NCBI GenBank assembly: GCA_951406725.2
Contig: OX597834.1
Location: 23,994,001 to 24,058,000 of the forward strand
Direction of reading: 5' to 3'
DNA: 64,000 bases
DNA from: Octopus vulgaris
Taxonomy: Eukaryota
The translations under genes were made by a program, and so were the position numbers. Shown piece after piece: positions 23,325 through 36,074 of the stretch. The notes below the pieces were generated by a model, which worked only from the letters and a program-made list of their open reading frames with translations, had not been told where the DNA came from and did not search any database. Within the stretch, counting starts at the first letter, position 1, and each line of letters begins with the position of its first letter.

Positions 23325-24915
23325 TTGTGTCCAGGTCAAGTAATACCTCATTGTAAATGGCATTACTGAATGTGGGAATTTCCATTGAGGTTTGCCTTTG
23401 AATCCTTTGTAGGATGTCCTTGTCCTCTGCCAATGCCTGTTTTGTGGGTCGCCCAAAGCTTGAGAGGTTCACCCAAGCCACATGTCATCAACATAATAGA
23501 AAATAGCTGGCGCAGTTGACTTAGTGCTGTGCTGACCGCTGCTTCCTCCAGTGTCTGGTCCCAGTGAGCATCGTCCTCCAGTAGTCCATGTTTGGCGCAG
23601 GCTTCCCTGTAGGTCATGCAGACTTCCCCATTGTGTCTTCAAAGGTCTATGAATGATGTAGGACTTCTGACAATGTGCAACAGTAGACACTGAAAGAAGT
23701 ACACCTGCTGATTAGGGTGCATACTGTACACCCACCTGATGGACCCACTTCTGAAGACAGCATCTTCTTCCCAGCCATCAATGCATGCTCCTTGCTTGCA
23801 TCTATTCCATCTATAGTGTGCCCAGGTACAGTACACAGGAACCTCAACATACAACAGTGTTTGGGCTAACAGATCACATTGGCATAATTTGAAGAAAGCT
23901 GTCAAAGTGGTTTCTGGTGGATTCAGAACTACATTTTGAGCATTGTCTACTGTGAAATATACATCATAATCATCATTGTTTAACGTCCGTTTTCCGTGCT
24001 AGCATGGATTGGATGGTTCGAGTGGGGTCTGGGAAGCCAGGAGGCTGCACCAGGCTCCAGTCTGATCTGGCAGTGTTTCTACAGCTGGATGCCCTTCTTA
24101 ACGCCAACCACTCCATGAGTGTAGTGGGTGCTTTTTACGTGCCACCGGCATAGAAGCCAGTCAAGGCGGCGCTGGCATCGGCCACATTCAGATAGTGCTT
24201 TTTTACGTGCCCCATCCGAACGTGGCCAATGCCAGCGCCGCCTTAACTGGCTTCTGTGCCGGTGGCACGCAAAAAGCACCAACCGATCGTGGCCGCTGCC
24301 AGCCTCCCCTGGCACATAAAAAGCACCCATTACACTCACAGAGTGGTTGGCATTAGGAAGGGCATCCAGATTCACCACTGTTGGATGCAACTCGTGGATT
24401 TCAAAGCCCAGGATGCGCCACATTGCCTCATTAGAGAAAACATACCTGCCCAATTTATATTGCTGAATTTCATCTGCTTACCTGCCCTCCTGTTCAAGTC
24501 CAAAAATAGCCATATCTGAGCCCTTATTGATGTATTTACATACATATATAATACTTTTTATAAAGCTGTATAACTCAACATTAACATGGGCCTGTAATGT
24601 TTTAGGCAGCAATGGATTGCAGGGCAGGATCTACCTGTTGTCAATTTCCATCTCTTGACCATTAACTTTGAGCTTGGTAGTGTTTCTACCATCTTCTGGT
24701 TTTTCAGCGCTTGGAGTAACCGTCATGTTCCGTACATGCCTCGTGGATAAATTCCCTGGGAAACCATTTGATGCACTTCTTGTGCTCCATGCAGGGTGAC
24801 CAAGGATTGAAAATGCCACAGGGGCCATGACTCATCTGTGTCTTGATGATGGTATACAGTACCATGTCTTGTCCTGGGTTAGGCAATTATGCACAAATGT
24901 TGTCAATGTTCTCTG
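23325..24915 (-). pseudogene. Helitron RepHel fragment (region between Rep and PIF1-like helicase), frameshifted
   Basis: Ordered motifs HGPCG..NP.SPCM..KC.K.FP, EIDNR, AHVNVE..YVCKYINKGSD, GRYV.SNEA.WRI.GF.IHE.HPTVV, VYFT..TTLTAFFKLC, TYREAC..HGLLEDD.HW..TLEEA..QLRQLF. Confidence 0.9.
23962..24369. mobile_element. Fold-back (head-to-head) family C insertion inside the Helitron
   Basis: Minus-strand C copy 23962-24210 followed by plus-strand C sequence 24212-24369, mirror-imaged. Confidence 0.85.
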
Positions 24916-26971
24916 GTAGAACGCACACGTATTTATACAACATAACCACTTGCAACCTGTTACTGTAATGATATTACTTTGGAAATGGCTTGACTATATA
25001 TAGGAAATTTAGCAGATATACAAATAGCTATATTTTGCTATTTATGAGAACAGAAATGTTAGGATGAGTTTAGCTTGTTTTTACAGGTGAATTCTGCTTA
25101 AGTGAGGTTAAATGTCAAGTAGCGATAAAATACATCCCTAAGGACAGCTATTGTTCTGGCTGTTAACCTGTGAGGTCTTATTGTTTTTAACTATGAACCA
25201 TAGCATTTGCTAGTTTATGGGAAAATTGAACATTTGATTTTGATTCTAGTGCTAGCTGGTTTGCAAACAAAAATTTATTCCACGTGTTTTGTTACAGCTT
25301 CTGTAATAAATCCAATACACTCTGGAAAGTGGTTGGTATTAAGGAGAGCATCCAGCTGTAGAAACCATGCCAAAACAGACAACTGAAGCCAGGTGCAGCT
25401 CTCCAACTTGCTGGTGAAGATGTATATGTGTGTAAACCTGCTCTACAAATGCATGGATGTGCATGTCTGTTGCATGTGAGTGTATCTGCTTTGTGCGTGG
25501 GCATGTGCATGTGTTTTTTTATACCATTTATTTTTTAGTTTGTTTACTTCCTCTTCTTACTGAGGAAATCAATCAAATTTTGTCCAGTTTTGGCCTTCCA
25601 TATATTGTATATATAAAGAGGAAATTTTGTGTGCATGTTTAGAGTAGAATTGTTTGTTGGTGTAACCATGATGTTCCAATACTCTAATGAGGTCGCTAGT
25701 TTTATTTGCATTAATTTGTGAATATATAATTGCATTTTATAATGCTGAGCAATAATATTGATGCAAACATGTACACCAATAATTTCATCCATCTGAAACT
25801 AATACTACATGAAGAATATTATAAAACGACCATAACCCTATGGAAGTCACATGGTTAAATAAATATATATTCACCTCTCATACCTCCTGACTTTATGGTT
25901 TCGTAAATACATCAATGTAAGCACATGACTTTGTGTGTGTGTGAGTGAGTGAGTGAGTGAGTGAGTGAGTGAGTGAGTGTGTGTGTGTGTGTGTGTGTGT
26001 TTTGTGTGATGTTATATATTCATATTTAACAAGGATTTTGGCAATTATTCACCTTAGCTGCATAATTTATAGGTGTTACAGTAAACTAACAACAGAAACT
26101 TATCACACTTCAGACGCCATTCTTGGTCTCTTGTCTGCAGCTTGTGGAGTTGAATAAATAGAATTAATTATTAACTAATACTGTTGTACCTCGTTTAGCA
26201 GCACTAATTGAATCTGGGAAAGAATTAAGTGAAAAACGCACTGAACACAATGTTTTATTCCTGACAGAAACAAACCAGGAGGAGCAGAGATATAAAATAG
26301 TTAACAGTGCATGGCTTACAGTACCTCTGACAATCTGGGTTCTAATCCTGCTGAGGATATCATTTGCTCCTTTCAGAGTCAATTCAAAATATAAATATCA
26401 GTAATAAATGTTGATTCACTTAACTCTTCCTTCTTCTACTCCTCATCCCGTGTACCAATGTAGGAAACATAATTTTTGTAGGGTTGGGGGTAGTCAGAAT
26501 TGCAGTGGTGGATTTAGGGAATTTGTTCTGACATCTCCCACTGTTTTAGTTAAGACACAGAATGATCCCTTACAAGGTACATATAAGGTACAGCCTGTAA
26601 AAACAATGAAATCCTTTAATGATAGAGGACCCCTGAAGAGTAGAGGAATGGAGTAGTTGGTCAGACTGGAAATAGACAAAGGATTTTGATGCTCTGTCAT
26701 CAAACTACAGGCGATGATTATGATACAAGTGTTGGCAGAATCATTAAAACAGGAGACAAAATACTTTGTGGCTTTTAGTGACAACTCCTTATGTTCAAAT
26801 CCTGTTGAAATCAACTTTCCTTTCATCTTTCCAGGGTCAATAAAATAAAGTACCAGTGGGATCAATATAATTGATTCATCCCCTTTCCTCTGAATTTCAG
26901 ATATTATATTGATATGATTATTGAAACTGATGGTCATGGCGATACATATATGTGTGTGCGTGAGAAAGATA

Positions 26972-27072
26972 ATGTAGTAGTAGTAGTAGTAGTAGTGGTT
27001 GTAGTAGTAGTAGTAGTAGTAGTAGTAATGGTGATGGTAGTAGTAGTAGTAGTAGTAGTGGTGATGGTAGTG

Positions 27073-27107
<35 letters not shown>

Positions 27108-27150
27108 GGTGGTGGTGGTGGTGGTGGTGGTGGTGGTAGTGGTAGTAGTA
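26972..27150. repeat. (GTA)n/(GTG)n microsatellite
   Basis: Direct reading; explains the poly-V and poly-T ORFs. Confidence 0.95.
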
Positions 27151-27496
27151 ATGTTGGCCTCTAACCTCCAGTCCATTATAAAAGACACAGACATAGACTA
27201 GAATGAAGATACTGCAGCAATGAGAGAGAAGATGGAAGATTTCCAGCCATTGAAATGTGTTGACTTGGATGGTGTTGCTCTTGTTTAGCCCTAGGTCAGT
27301 CCTGATTCAATAGACCTCTTAATAAAACTTGTTCTGACTATTTCCATCTCTCAGTGAACTGCAACAGTTACTGAGGAGGAGGCAAAAAAAGAAACTATAA
27401 TTTCAAGCAGTTAAGTTTGACATCACAAAATGTTTGCTTTATTTAAGGGGCTTAATCCAATGCACCTTCTATGTTGTTTTTTTTTTCCTTCCTAAA

Positions 27497-28573
27497 TTAG
27501 GCACAAGGCCAGCAATATTAGTTGACTACACCGACCTTAGTACTTTACTGGTATTTCATTGACACTGAAAGGATCAGAAGCAAAGTTGACCCCAGCAGAA
27601 CTTGAACTCAAAATATGAAGAACCACAAAAACTACAAGACATTTTCCTAATGCTGAAACCATTTTGTCAATCCACTGCCTTAGAACAGCAACAACTATTT
27701 CTGATTCAGGCACAAGGTCATTCAGTTGGTATCATCAACCCCAATACTTAGCAAGTACATTATTTTATCAATTCCAAAATAATAAAGATGAAGATGACCT
27801 TGGCAGGTTTTGAACTTGGAACATAAATGGCCAGAAGAAATGCCTATTTCTTTACTACCACAAGGGGCTAAACACAGAGAGGACAAACAAGGACAGACAA
27901 ACAGGTTAAGTTGATTATATCGACCTCAGTGCGTAACTGGTACTTATTTAATCGACCCCGAAAGGATGAAAGGCAAAGTCGACCTCGGCGGAATTTGAAC
28001 TCAGAATGTAGCGGCAGAAGAAATACTGCTAAGCATTTCGCCCGGCGTGCTAACGTTTCTGCCAGCTCGCCGCCCAGAAGAAATGCCATTAAGCATTTCT
28101 CCTGATGCTTGAATAACTCTGTCAATCCACCACCCCTAATAATGATTTCAAATTTTGGCACAAGGCCAGCAATTCCGAGGGAAAGGGGCTAGTTGATTAC
28201 ATTGACCCCGGTCCTTGACAAGAACACATTTTACTGATACTGAAAGGATGAAAGGCAAAGTCAACCTCAACAGAATTTGAACTCAGAACATAACAACAGA
28301 CGAAATGCTTACTAAGCGTTTTGCCTTGCATACTAACGATTCTGCTAGATTGCTGTGTAACTGGTTTCAAATTTTGGCACAAGGCCAGCAATTTCAGGAG
28401 AGGGGAGTAAGTCAATTACACTGACCACTGTGTTTAACTGGTATTTGTTTTCTTGACCCTGAAAGGATGAAAGACCTAGCCAACCTCAGTGGCATATTAA
28501 CCTTAGAATGTAAAGACAGACGAAAGGCTGTTAAGCATTTTGACATGCTAATGGTTCTGTCAGCACACTGCCT
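27497..28573 (-). mobile_element. Cluster of about four old family A SINEs plus a young A copy (27845-28073, TSD CCAGAAGAAATGCC)
   Basis: Repeated GGCACAAGG..GAAAGGATGAAAG..TTTGAACTCAG blocks in one orientation. Confidence 0.8.
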
Positions 28574-28578
28574 TAATT

Positions 28579-29141
28579 ACAACCATATCCTACCGCTCTA
28601 TGTCACGCTGGTGAGATCCATATTGGAGTACAGGATTCAAGCCTCTTCTCCTTATCTCCTCAAAGACATACATCAGCTTGAAAGAATCCAGAAGCTGGCT
28701 ACCCGCATGGTTCTTGGTCTCAAGCATTTGTCTTATGAAGAAGGGCTGAAGACGTTCGACCTTTATTCTCTAGAAAAACGCCGCCGCCGTGGTGACCTCA
28801 TTCTTGCTCACAACATCATAAGCGGAAAGTGTAACCTCTCGAAAGAGCTGTTCTTCACTCCTGCTCCAGAGCGTAGGCTGCAAGGTCACTCCGAAAAGCT
28901 CTATCTGCAACGATTTCATCTCAATCGAAGGAGAGGGGCTTTCTCCGTCTGGGTTGCGGATCCGTGGAATAAGCTGCCGGACGAGATAGTGAAGATGCCG
29001 ACGACCGCTCGGTTCAAAGTCTCTCTTGACCAGAGATGGCCTGAACTCTTTGCATGAACACCCCTGTACATAACTCCATGTCCCCCTACATAGCCTTGCT
29101 TTTTGCTTTTTGAGCCAAAAAATTAAATTAACTTAACTTAT
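28579..29141 (+). pseudogene. CR1-clade LINE 3' fragment (ORF2 C-terminus, 3' UTR, (TAACT)-like tail)
   Basis: LYVTLVRSILEY..SPYLLKDI..LERIQKLATRMV.GL..LSYEE.L..LYSLEKRR.RGDLI..FS..V...WNKLP; 5'-truncated. Confidence 0.9.
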
Positions 29142-30324
29142 AATATTAATCCTTTATTGGCAACAACAGTCTCTACAAATAAAAGGGTTACAAAATATGT
29201 AGGAATACAAATTTAAAAAATGGAGGGAATGAAGGTTATGTATTAAAAACAGGTTAAATCTTAGGACACAAAATTTCTCAGATGTAATCTTGGGTCTACA
29301 AACAGTCACTTATATATGTTGGCCCACTTGGTTATGATGGACTTAGTGAAGATGTTCAGTAACAGAGGAAGTGGATGGTTGATTATATTCACCCCTTATA
29401 TGTCTGATACTTTATTGCATCAACCCAGAAAAGCTGAAAGAGTAAAGTTGATGCTGGTAAGATTTGAACCAAGACAGTAAAAACAAAAATGTAACTAAAT
29501 ACCACGAGGCATTTTGTCAAATGTTTTGAAATGAAATATAAACCCTGCCTGAATTTGAAACCTTGAAACATAGAAAGCCATGCTCTCTACTAACTGTGCC
29601 AATAATAAAGTGATTGGCTGGTGAAATAATAAAGGTGAAGGTGTGGGGGAAGATATATAAAGGATGTACTTCCATACCAGAGTGATGGTGGTGGGGATGG
29701 TTATGGTGGTGGTAGTGGGTGGTGATGATTGTAATGGTAGTGGTGATGAGGAGATTAATGCTGAAAATGATGATGGCGGTTATTATAGATATGATGATGA
29801 TGATGATGATGATGATATTAATGGTGATGACAGTGATGGTGGTGGTGGTAATCACATTAATGATGATAACAATGGTGGTGGTGGTGGTGGTGGTAGTGGT
29901 GTGGGTAGAATGAGCATTGGATTAAGTACAGTAACTAAGAAGCTTTAATCCCACTAATCCTCTGTCTGATGCCCTGTTTTACAAGAATTGAAGCTGAAAT
30001 AAAAGTTCTTTCTATTTATATAATTCTCAGTTATTTAAAAACATAAAAAGAAACCTGAAAATGTTTTAATATTGTAAACAAGTCAATCAATTTGATGTTT
30101 TACATAGAATCCCCAATTTCAGATATTAGTCAGACACACTAACTTAACATTGAAACGCTCTCTTTTTTTCCATTTCCTTCACAGTGATTAAAACAGCAAG
30201 ATTAATTAAACACATTAGGCCATAGCACAAGCCAATTAGTGAATGGAAATTAATTTATATATGCCAGCATGAACAGACAGACATAAAACTAAGATGTGAT
30301 GATACACACATACACACACATATC

Positions 30325-30655
30325 TTTTATCTTTTACTTGTTTCAGTCATTAGACTGCAGCCCTTCTAGGACCATTGCCTTGAAAAATTTTAGTTGAATG
30401 TATCAATCCCAGTATTCATTTTTAAAGTACTTGTACTTAGACTATCAGTCTCTTTTGCCAAACCACTGAGTTACAGGGACAAACACACACACGATGGGCT
30501 TCTTTCACTTTCTGTTGAACAAATCCACTCACAAGGTTTTGGTTGGCTTGAAGCTATAGAAGACACTTGCCCAAGATACCATGCAGTGGGATGGGATTGA
30601 AGCCAAAATCATGTGGTTGGGTAGCAAACTTCTTGCCACACAGCCATACCTGCAC
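30325..30655 (-). mobile_element. Old SINE family B
   Basis: TTTTACTTGTTTCAGTCA tail and AGAAGACACTTGCCCAAG CORE-like segment. Confidence 0.75.
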
Positions 30656-30674
30656 CGATATATACATGTGTGTG

Positions 30675-30704
<30 letters not shown>

Positions 30705-30705
<1 letters not shown>

Positions 30706-30969
30706 AGAAGTCCGGTGTGAGGGATGTCATCGCAGAGTATACACACAGCAAGTTTAGATAGGCTGGACACGTCGCCCGACTCACCGATAATCGGTGCACC
30801 CGCGTAGTTGCCGAGTGGTACCTGCACGAGCGGAAACGACCACCCGGAAGGCCTCCACGATTGGGATCACGTGGATGAGAAAGGCACGATCCAGAGAGGA
30901 GTGGACAGCGTGCTGTGACCAGCGGTGTCAAATGGATGCCTGACAGACTGGTCGGTCAAGGTGATCAAG

Positions 30970-30974
<5 letters not shown>
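30705..30974 (+). pseudogene. RTE-clade LINE 3' fragment (second family)
   Basis: KKSGVRDVI..KFR*AGHVARLTDNRCTRVVAEWY..KRPPGRPP; ends in the duplicated tail CAAGGTGATCAAGGTGAT. Confidence 0.8.
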
Positions 30975-31027
<53 letters not shown>

Positions 31028-31424
31028 TATAATATATGCCAGTTTTTTAAGAAGTACATTGTATCCTATAAGCTGTAAAGAGGCAACTAAAAGGGTTGGC
31101 AACAAAACTGAGGTCTAGCAATAAAAATATTGCCTCAAAAGTCCTGTCCAACTTGTGCCAGCATGAAAAAGCAGACACAGAAATGATATTGATAATACAG
31201 TGTTTCAGTCTCAAAAATTATGCAAATCATCATCACTGTTATAATATCCTCATATCCTTCTTGCATGAGTCAGACAGAGTTTACTGGGAAGTATTTGAGG
31301 CAGATATTGCCAACCCTCACCTGTTTCCAAGTAATCTACTACATATGTGGAAAATTGGTGTGTGTTTGTTTGTGGTGTTGTTACCTAACTCCTCCTACAT
31401 CGTTTTATTGATTTTGATGAAACT

Positions 31425-31840
31425 TGACACATGAGTAGAACTCATGTCTGGAAACCTCATGACATACTTAGATTATTGAAAAAAATCAATAATACGGCCC
31501 CTGGAAGGGACCTTTATATGTACTTCATATAACTAATTCTGTTTTTGAACACCCAAGGGAAATAACCCATAGCATCTGCAAAATATTTTTTTAAAACAGT
31601 TAACGGAAGTAATCCATTTCATTGTTTATGTTCGATTGCTTTGAATACTGATGTCTAATTTCTAATTTTTGCAGAAAATATCACTTTATTTGACATGTGA
31701 GTAGAACTCATGTCTGGAAACCTCGTGACATACTTAAGAAAAATCAATAATAGGGCTCCTCCAATGGATCCTTCTATCTGCTACACATTACTAATATTTT
31801 ATTTAAACAACCCAAGGGAAATAACCCATACCACCTGCAG
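31425..31840. repeat. Diverged tandem duplication (~265-bp period)
   Basis: TGAGTAGAACTCATGTCTGGAAACCTC.TGACATACTTA and CCCAAGGGAAATAACCCATA each occur twice. Confidence 0.8.
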
Positions 31841-33089
31841 TTTTTAGCAAAGCGATCAATATTTAATTCTCATGATCAGGTGACCTAATTCTGCATTTCA
31901 CTACTCACAGTTTTAAACTGCTAAACCTTATTATTGCACTTCTTTAATTTGGATCAAACATTAAAGACTTCATTCATACATTTTTATACATACATACTTT
32001 TTTGGATGCCCATTATTCCAATAATACTGCATTTTTACAGTTACACTTTTTCCATGACAGTAAATAAATTATTTATTCCACAATGTATTTGTAGTGGCTT
32101 CATGCAGGCATGGAGTGGATTTGATCCTCAATTGCCAAATTTCACTTAACACATACACACACACACATGTGTTGATGTTACACTATAAAGTTATATACCA
32201 TGTTAAAGCTCATGAAATTTTCTTTACTTTGATATACATCTTAATTCACAATTTACAACTTGAATATATAAAAAATGCCACACACATGTCTATGTATGAA
32301 TGTATATATGTATTGATATATATATATTTATAATTTACATATATGGGAGTGATTGTGTGAGAATCTGCACACAATGTTGGAGGTAGGTAGAGATATATAC
32401 ATGTGTGTATATACACACATGCTTCACTATATGTATGTGCAAGTCAAAATGGGTCGGTTTACTTAATTATCTGTGTATGTATGTATATACACCCACATAT
32501 GCGAGAGGGTACTATACACACACCCTCTTGCATAAGTTGATTGGTGTATGCATATCTATATATATGCATATACACATATGTATGTATGCATACACAGGCT
32601 TGCGTGTGGGAGTATATGTGTGAGCCTGTGTGTGTATCTGACCACTGAATACTAAAGGTCAACTAAACAAATTCACATGTGTAGCCAACCATGAAGAACA
32701 GATCAGCGATACAACCAAATGAAATATCAATCCCATTCAAATGCCAGCCAGTACCAAAATATCCATCTACTACCATTCATAGCAGTCTGCCTAATGCACT
32801 CTGGCAGCATACACCATGAGTCTATCAGCTACTACAAATTCAAACCACAACAGACAGAGGGAATAGCCTTGAAGTTGACGATTTTAAACTAATGGCCAAC
32901 ACCACTTGTATATTGTGAGAGGAAACACAACTAGATCTCATTTGCAAACTAACAGTTGCATAATCAAATACCTGTATTCTTGGAGAACTAAGGTGTGTTG
33001 AAACAATTGCAGTGATTAAAACATAACCTTTATATCATTATCATCATCATCATCTATACACACACACACAAACACAAAATATATACATA

Positions 33090-33393
33090 CTAGTAGTATC
33101 GCCCGGCGTTGCTTGGGTTTGTAAGGGAAATAACTATATAAACATTTTTAGAGAGTTACTTCCCTTATATAAACCGAGCGAAAAATGCATTAAAAATGCG
33201 GAAAAATTATGGTAATTTTTTAAAAAATCGTAGTCTCATCGTAGACGCGCGCTAATACCCAGAAGGGCTTGATATGAATTACAACTATAAGATACCCACT
33301 TTTGGTTAAGCTGCACTGCAAAATGTGGGAGTAGTTAGGAATCTAAATCGGAGTAAACAGACTCTCACACAACTTCAATTTTATATATAAAGA
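33090..33393 (-). mobile_element. Non-autonomous Helitron
   Basis: Minus: A|TCTTTATATATAAAA ... CCC-AAGCAACGCC-GGG hairpin, CTAG|T. Confidence 0.75.
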
Positions 33394-33787
33394 TATACAT
33401 TACATACGTATCATTATCAATTATTGTCCAATGTTGATTCTCCATGCTAGCATGGGTTGGACAGTGTGACAAGATACAGAACGCTGCGGGGCTGCACTGA
33501 ACCCCAGTATTAAGTTTGACATGGTTTCAGATGCCCTACATAATGCCAACCACCTTTCAGCATATTCATGGTGCTTGTTTCATGCCATCAGCGCTAATGA
33601 GGTTGCCAAGTAAGCTACAAGACAGGGAAGAACAGGAAAGAGAAAAGCCCCATGATTAAGTGGTGCGAGGGGAGTATTAGGAAAGGAGAGGTAGCTTTCT
33701 GCCAGGTAGTGAGAGTATGATAGGACAAGAACAGTGTCTTGTTATAGGGGGGATACATGGAGATACACATGTGTGTGTGTGTGTGTG

Positions 33788-33829
<42 letters not shown>

Positions 33830-33830
<1 letters not shown>

Positions 33831-34016
33831 TGATTCGCTAGCTTCTGCATGCATTTTTTCTCTCCTTATTTCTCTCCGTGTTTCTTTCTGTTGAAAAGCG
33901 TAGGCTCGAAACGTAAAAGACTTGTTTTATTTATATTCCTGAGCGCCATACTAATACAATTGTTTGTTTGTATTCCACCTGCCTTCGTCTTTTGTTTATT
34001 TTCATAAAGCTTCCCG

Positions 34017-34020
<4 letters not shown>
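33830..34020 (+). mobile_element. Family E with hammerhead-like motif (33883-33920)
   Basis: TCTTT-CTGTTGA-A-AAGC-GTAG-GCTC-GAAAC-GTA-AAAGA. Confidence 0.7.
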
Positions 34021-34047
<27 letters not shown>

Positions 34048-34051
<4 letters not shown>

Positions 34052-34250
34052 ATCCAAACATGAAAGCACAAAAAAATACCAACAACGCGAGGACATGGAA
34101 CAAATATAGTATTATTGGACGCTCAGGAAAGGAAAGAAGGAGGGTTTAACATTTCAAGCGGAGCTCTTCGTCGGAAACATAGGAGTAGGAAAGATCCAGA
34201 GAAGGGAAGACAGAAGAAAAAAAATCGCCAAAGGTACACACGCAGTCACA
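34048..34250 (-). mobile_element. Family E relative with hammerhead-like motif (34144-34178)
   Basis: Minus: GTTT-CCGACGA-A-GAGC-TCC-GCTT-GAAAT-GTT-AAAC, followed by TTCCTGAGCG..AATACTAT as in family E. Confidence 0.65.
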
Positions 34251-35146
34251 CTGCATATATGTGTGCATGCATGAGTATGTGTACACACGTTTGTATATTA
34301 AATTTACAAATGTAATACACATGTATATATATATATGGATTTTAAATACACACACACACATACATATACATGGAATTTACATATGTATATGTGTGTGTGC
34401 ACATACATACACACTTTCCGAAGTTTCTCATTTCATTTGCTGAAAATGTTTTAGATTTTTATTTGAAAAATTCATTTAAAGTTATTGAAGTTCTTTCATC
34501 AATTAAACTAAATTTCTTCAGTTTCCTGTTGCTATAGCAACAGGTTTTCTCATTTAAATTGAGTGAAAATTTCCACAGCAATTTCAATATGAAACCTGAC
34601 CTATATTTGCTGAGAAATTCCAGGAGATTATCTCAGAAATGTACAATTTCTCACTTTGGAGATAAGTCGGCTAAGAAACCATTTCAAACGAAGGTCATTT
34701 CTTGATTTTTAACCCTAAGTCAACTCAAACTAAATAGCGCTATGATCAAAGCTGTTTCAGCTGTGACCCTATCTTTTTAGCAGAAAGATGACATAATCCA
34801 TACCCATAATCTATGTGGGATGTGAGTGACATTCAGCTGCTATTTCCAGTAAGTCAAGTGGCTAAATGACAAAAATGGCAGAGAGGCAGATAACATTTAT
34901 AATGTCTTTATATGTTTCTATATAAATTTATACAGGGATACCATCAAATAAATATCTTACACTATTTAGTTGAACCACTTTAATAGTTCAAACCTCACTG
35001 AAGCCTGTTGTGCTTTTCTTATTCAGGAACCATAAAAATAAGAACCAGTCAAATATTGGAATCAATTTTCAAATTACCTGCAATTATTCCCACAAACTTT
35101 GTGGGGATTGTTTGTGTGGTATCATTTTGCTACAGCCATCATGTAA

Positions 35147-35368
35147 GACTTTAAGTGTTCAGATTACTCTGTTAAATATAATACTTTTTTCACTCAAATT
35201 GTTTTGAATTAATTATGCATTATCTTACAGCTTTGAAGTTTCAATGGTGTGATAGTTTATTCTTAGAATGTCAATGTAGGTTAGGTGTGAGGGGCTGGAT
35301 ATGGCCAGTTTGAATGTAAAACATGTAGAATATTTAGGCCGGATATGGCCGGCTTAAACACTAAAGGG
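35147..35368 (+). mobile_element. Old piggyBac-type MITE (13243 family)
   Basis: Colinear with 13243-13463; right end CTAAAGGG|TTAA intact, left end decayed. Confidence 0.7.
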
Positions 35369-35503
35369 TTAAACAGTCTTCAAAACTATGAAACAAAATC
35401 AAAACCATAATCTACTATACACACATTATATTGTTAACAAGACAACTGACCCCTAAACTATGGAAGAATATTGAAAGCAGTCTCTTATACACACCTCATA
35501 TAT

Positions 35504-35733
35504 ATTTCTTTACTGCCCACAAGGGGCTAAACATAGAGGGGACAAACAAGGACAGACAAAGGGATTAAGTCGATGACATCGACCTCAGTGCGAAGCTGGT
35601 ACTTTATTTATCGACTCTGAAAGGATGAAAGGCAAAGTCGACCTTGGCAGAATTTGAACTCAGAATGTATCGACAGACGAAATACCGCTAAGCATTTCGC
35701 CAGGCGCGCTAACGTTTCTGCCAGCTCGCCGCC
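35504..35733 (-). mobile_element. SINE family A, 20-bp TSD
   Basis: TCTCTTATACACACCTCATA on both sides. Confidence 0.9.
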
Positions 35734-35959
35734 ATATTCTCTTATACACACCTCATAGATTATTCACAGGCCAATGCACCTCAAATCTATGGAAGGAAAT
35801 TGAAGACATGATTACAGACACAGCATTTTTATTATTCATTAGACAATTAACTGATAAACTATGGAACAAAATCAGAGATATAATCTATTAAACATGACAC
35901 TATAATATATTAGATACAAGACAATAGCTTGATAAATATTTTTAATTAATTGTGGTATC

Positions 35960-36007
<48 letters not shown>

Positions 36008-36074
36008 ATATATAAATGTAATGTGTGTGTGTATATATATATATAATTAGCATCATCATTTGTCATCATCTTGA

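Noticed and set aside
25544-25800. Minus-strand exon (TTTCAG|ATG, 82-aa ORF)
   Set aside because: Weak pyrimidine tract and no recognisable protein; needs RNA-seq.
28467-29057. 196-aa ORF as a host gene
   Set aside because: The N-terminus is read through an antisense SINE; the rest is a truncated CR1 ORF2 end without the RT core.
32960-33020. GAAACAATTG as a hammerhead 3' half
   Set aside because: No CUGANGA box or helix I; at most a very decayed relic.
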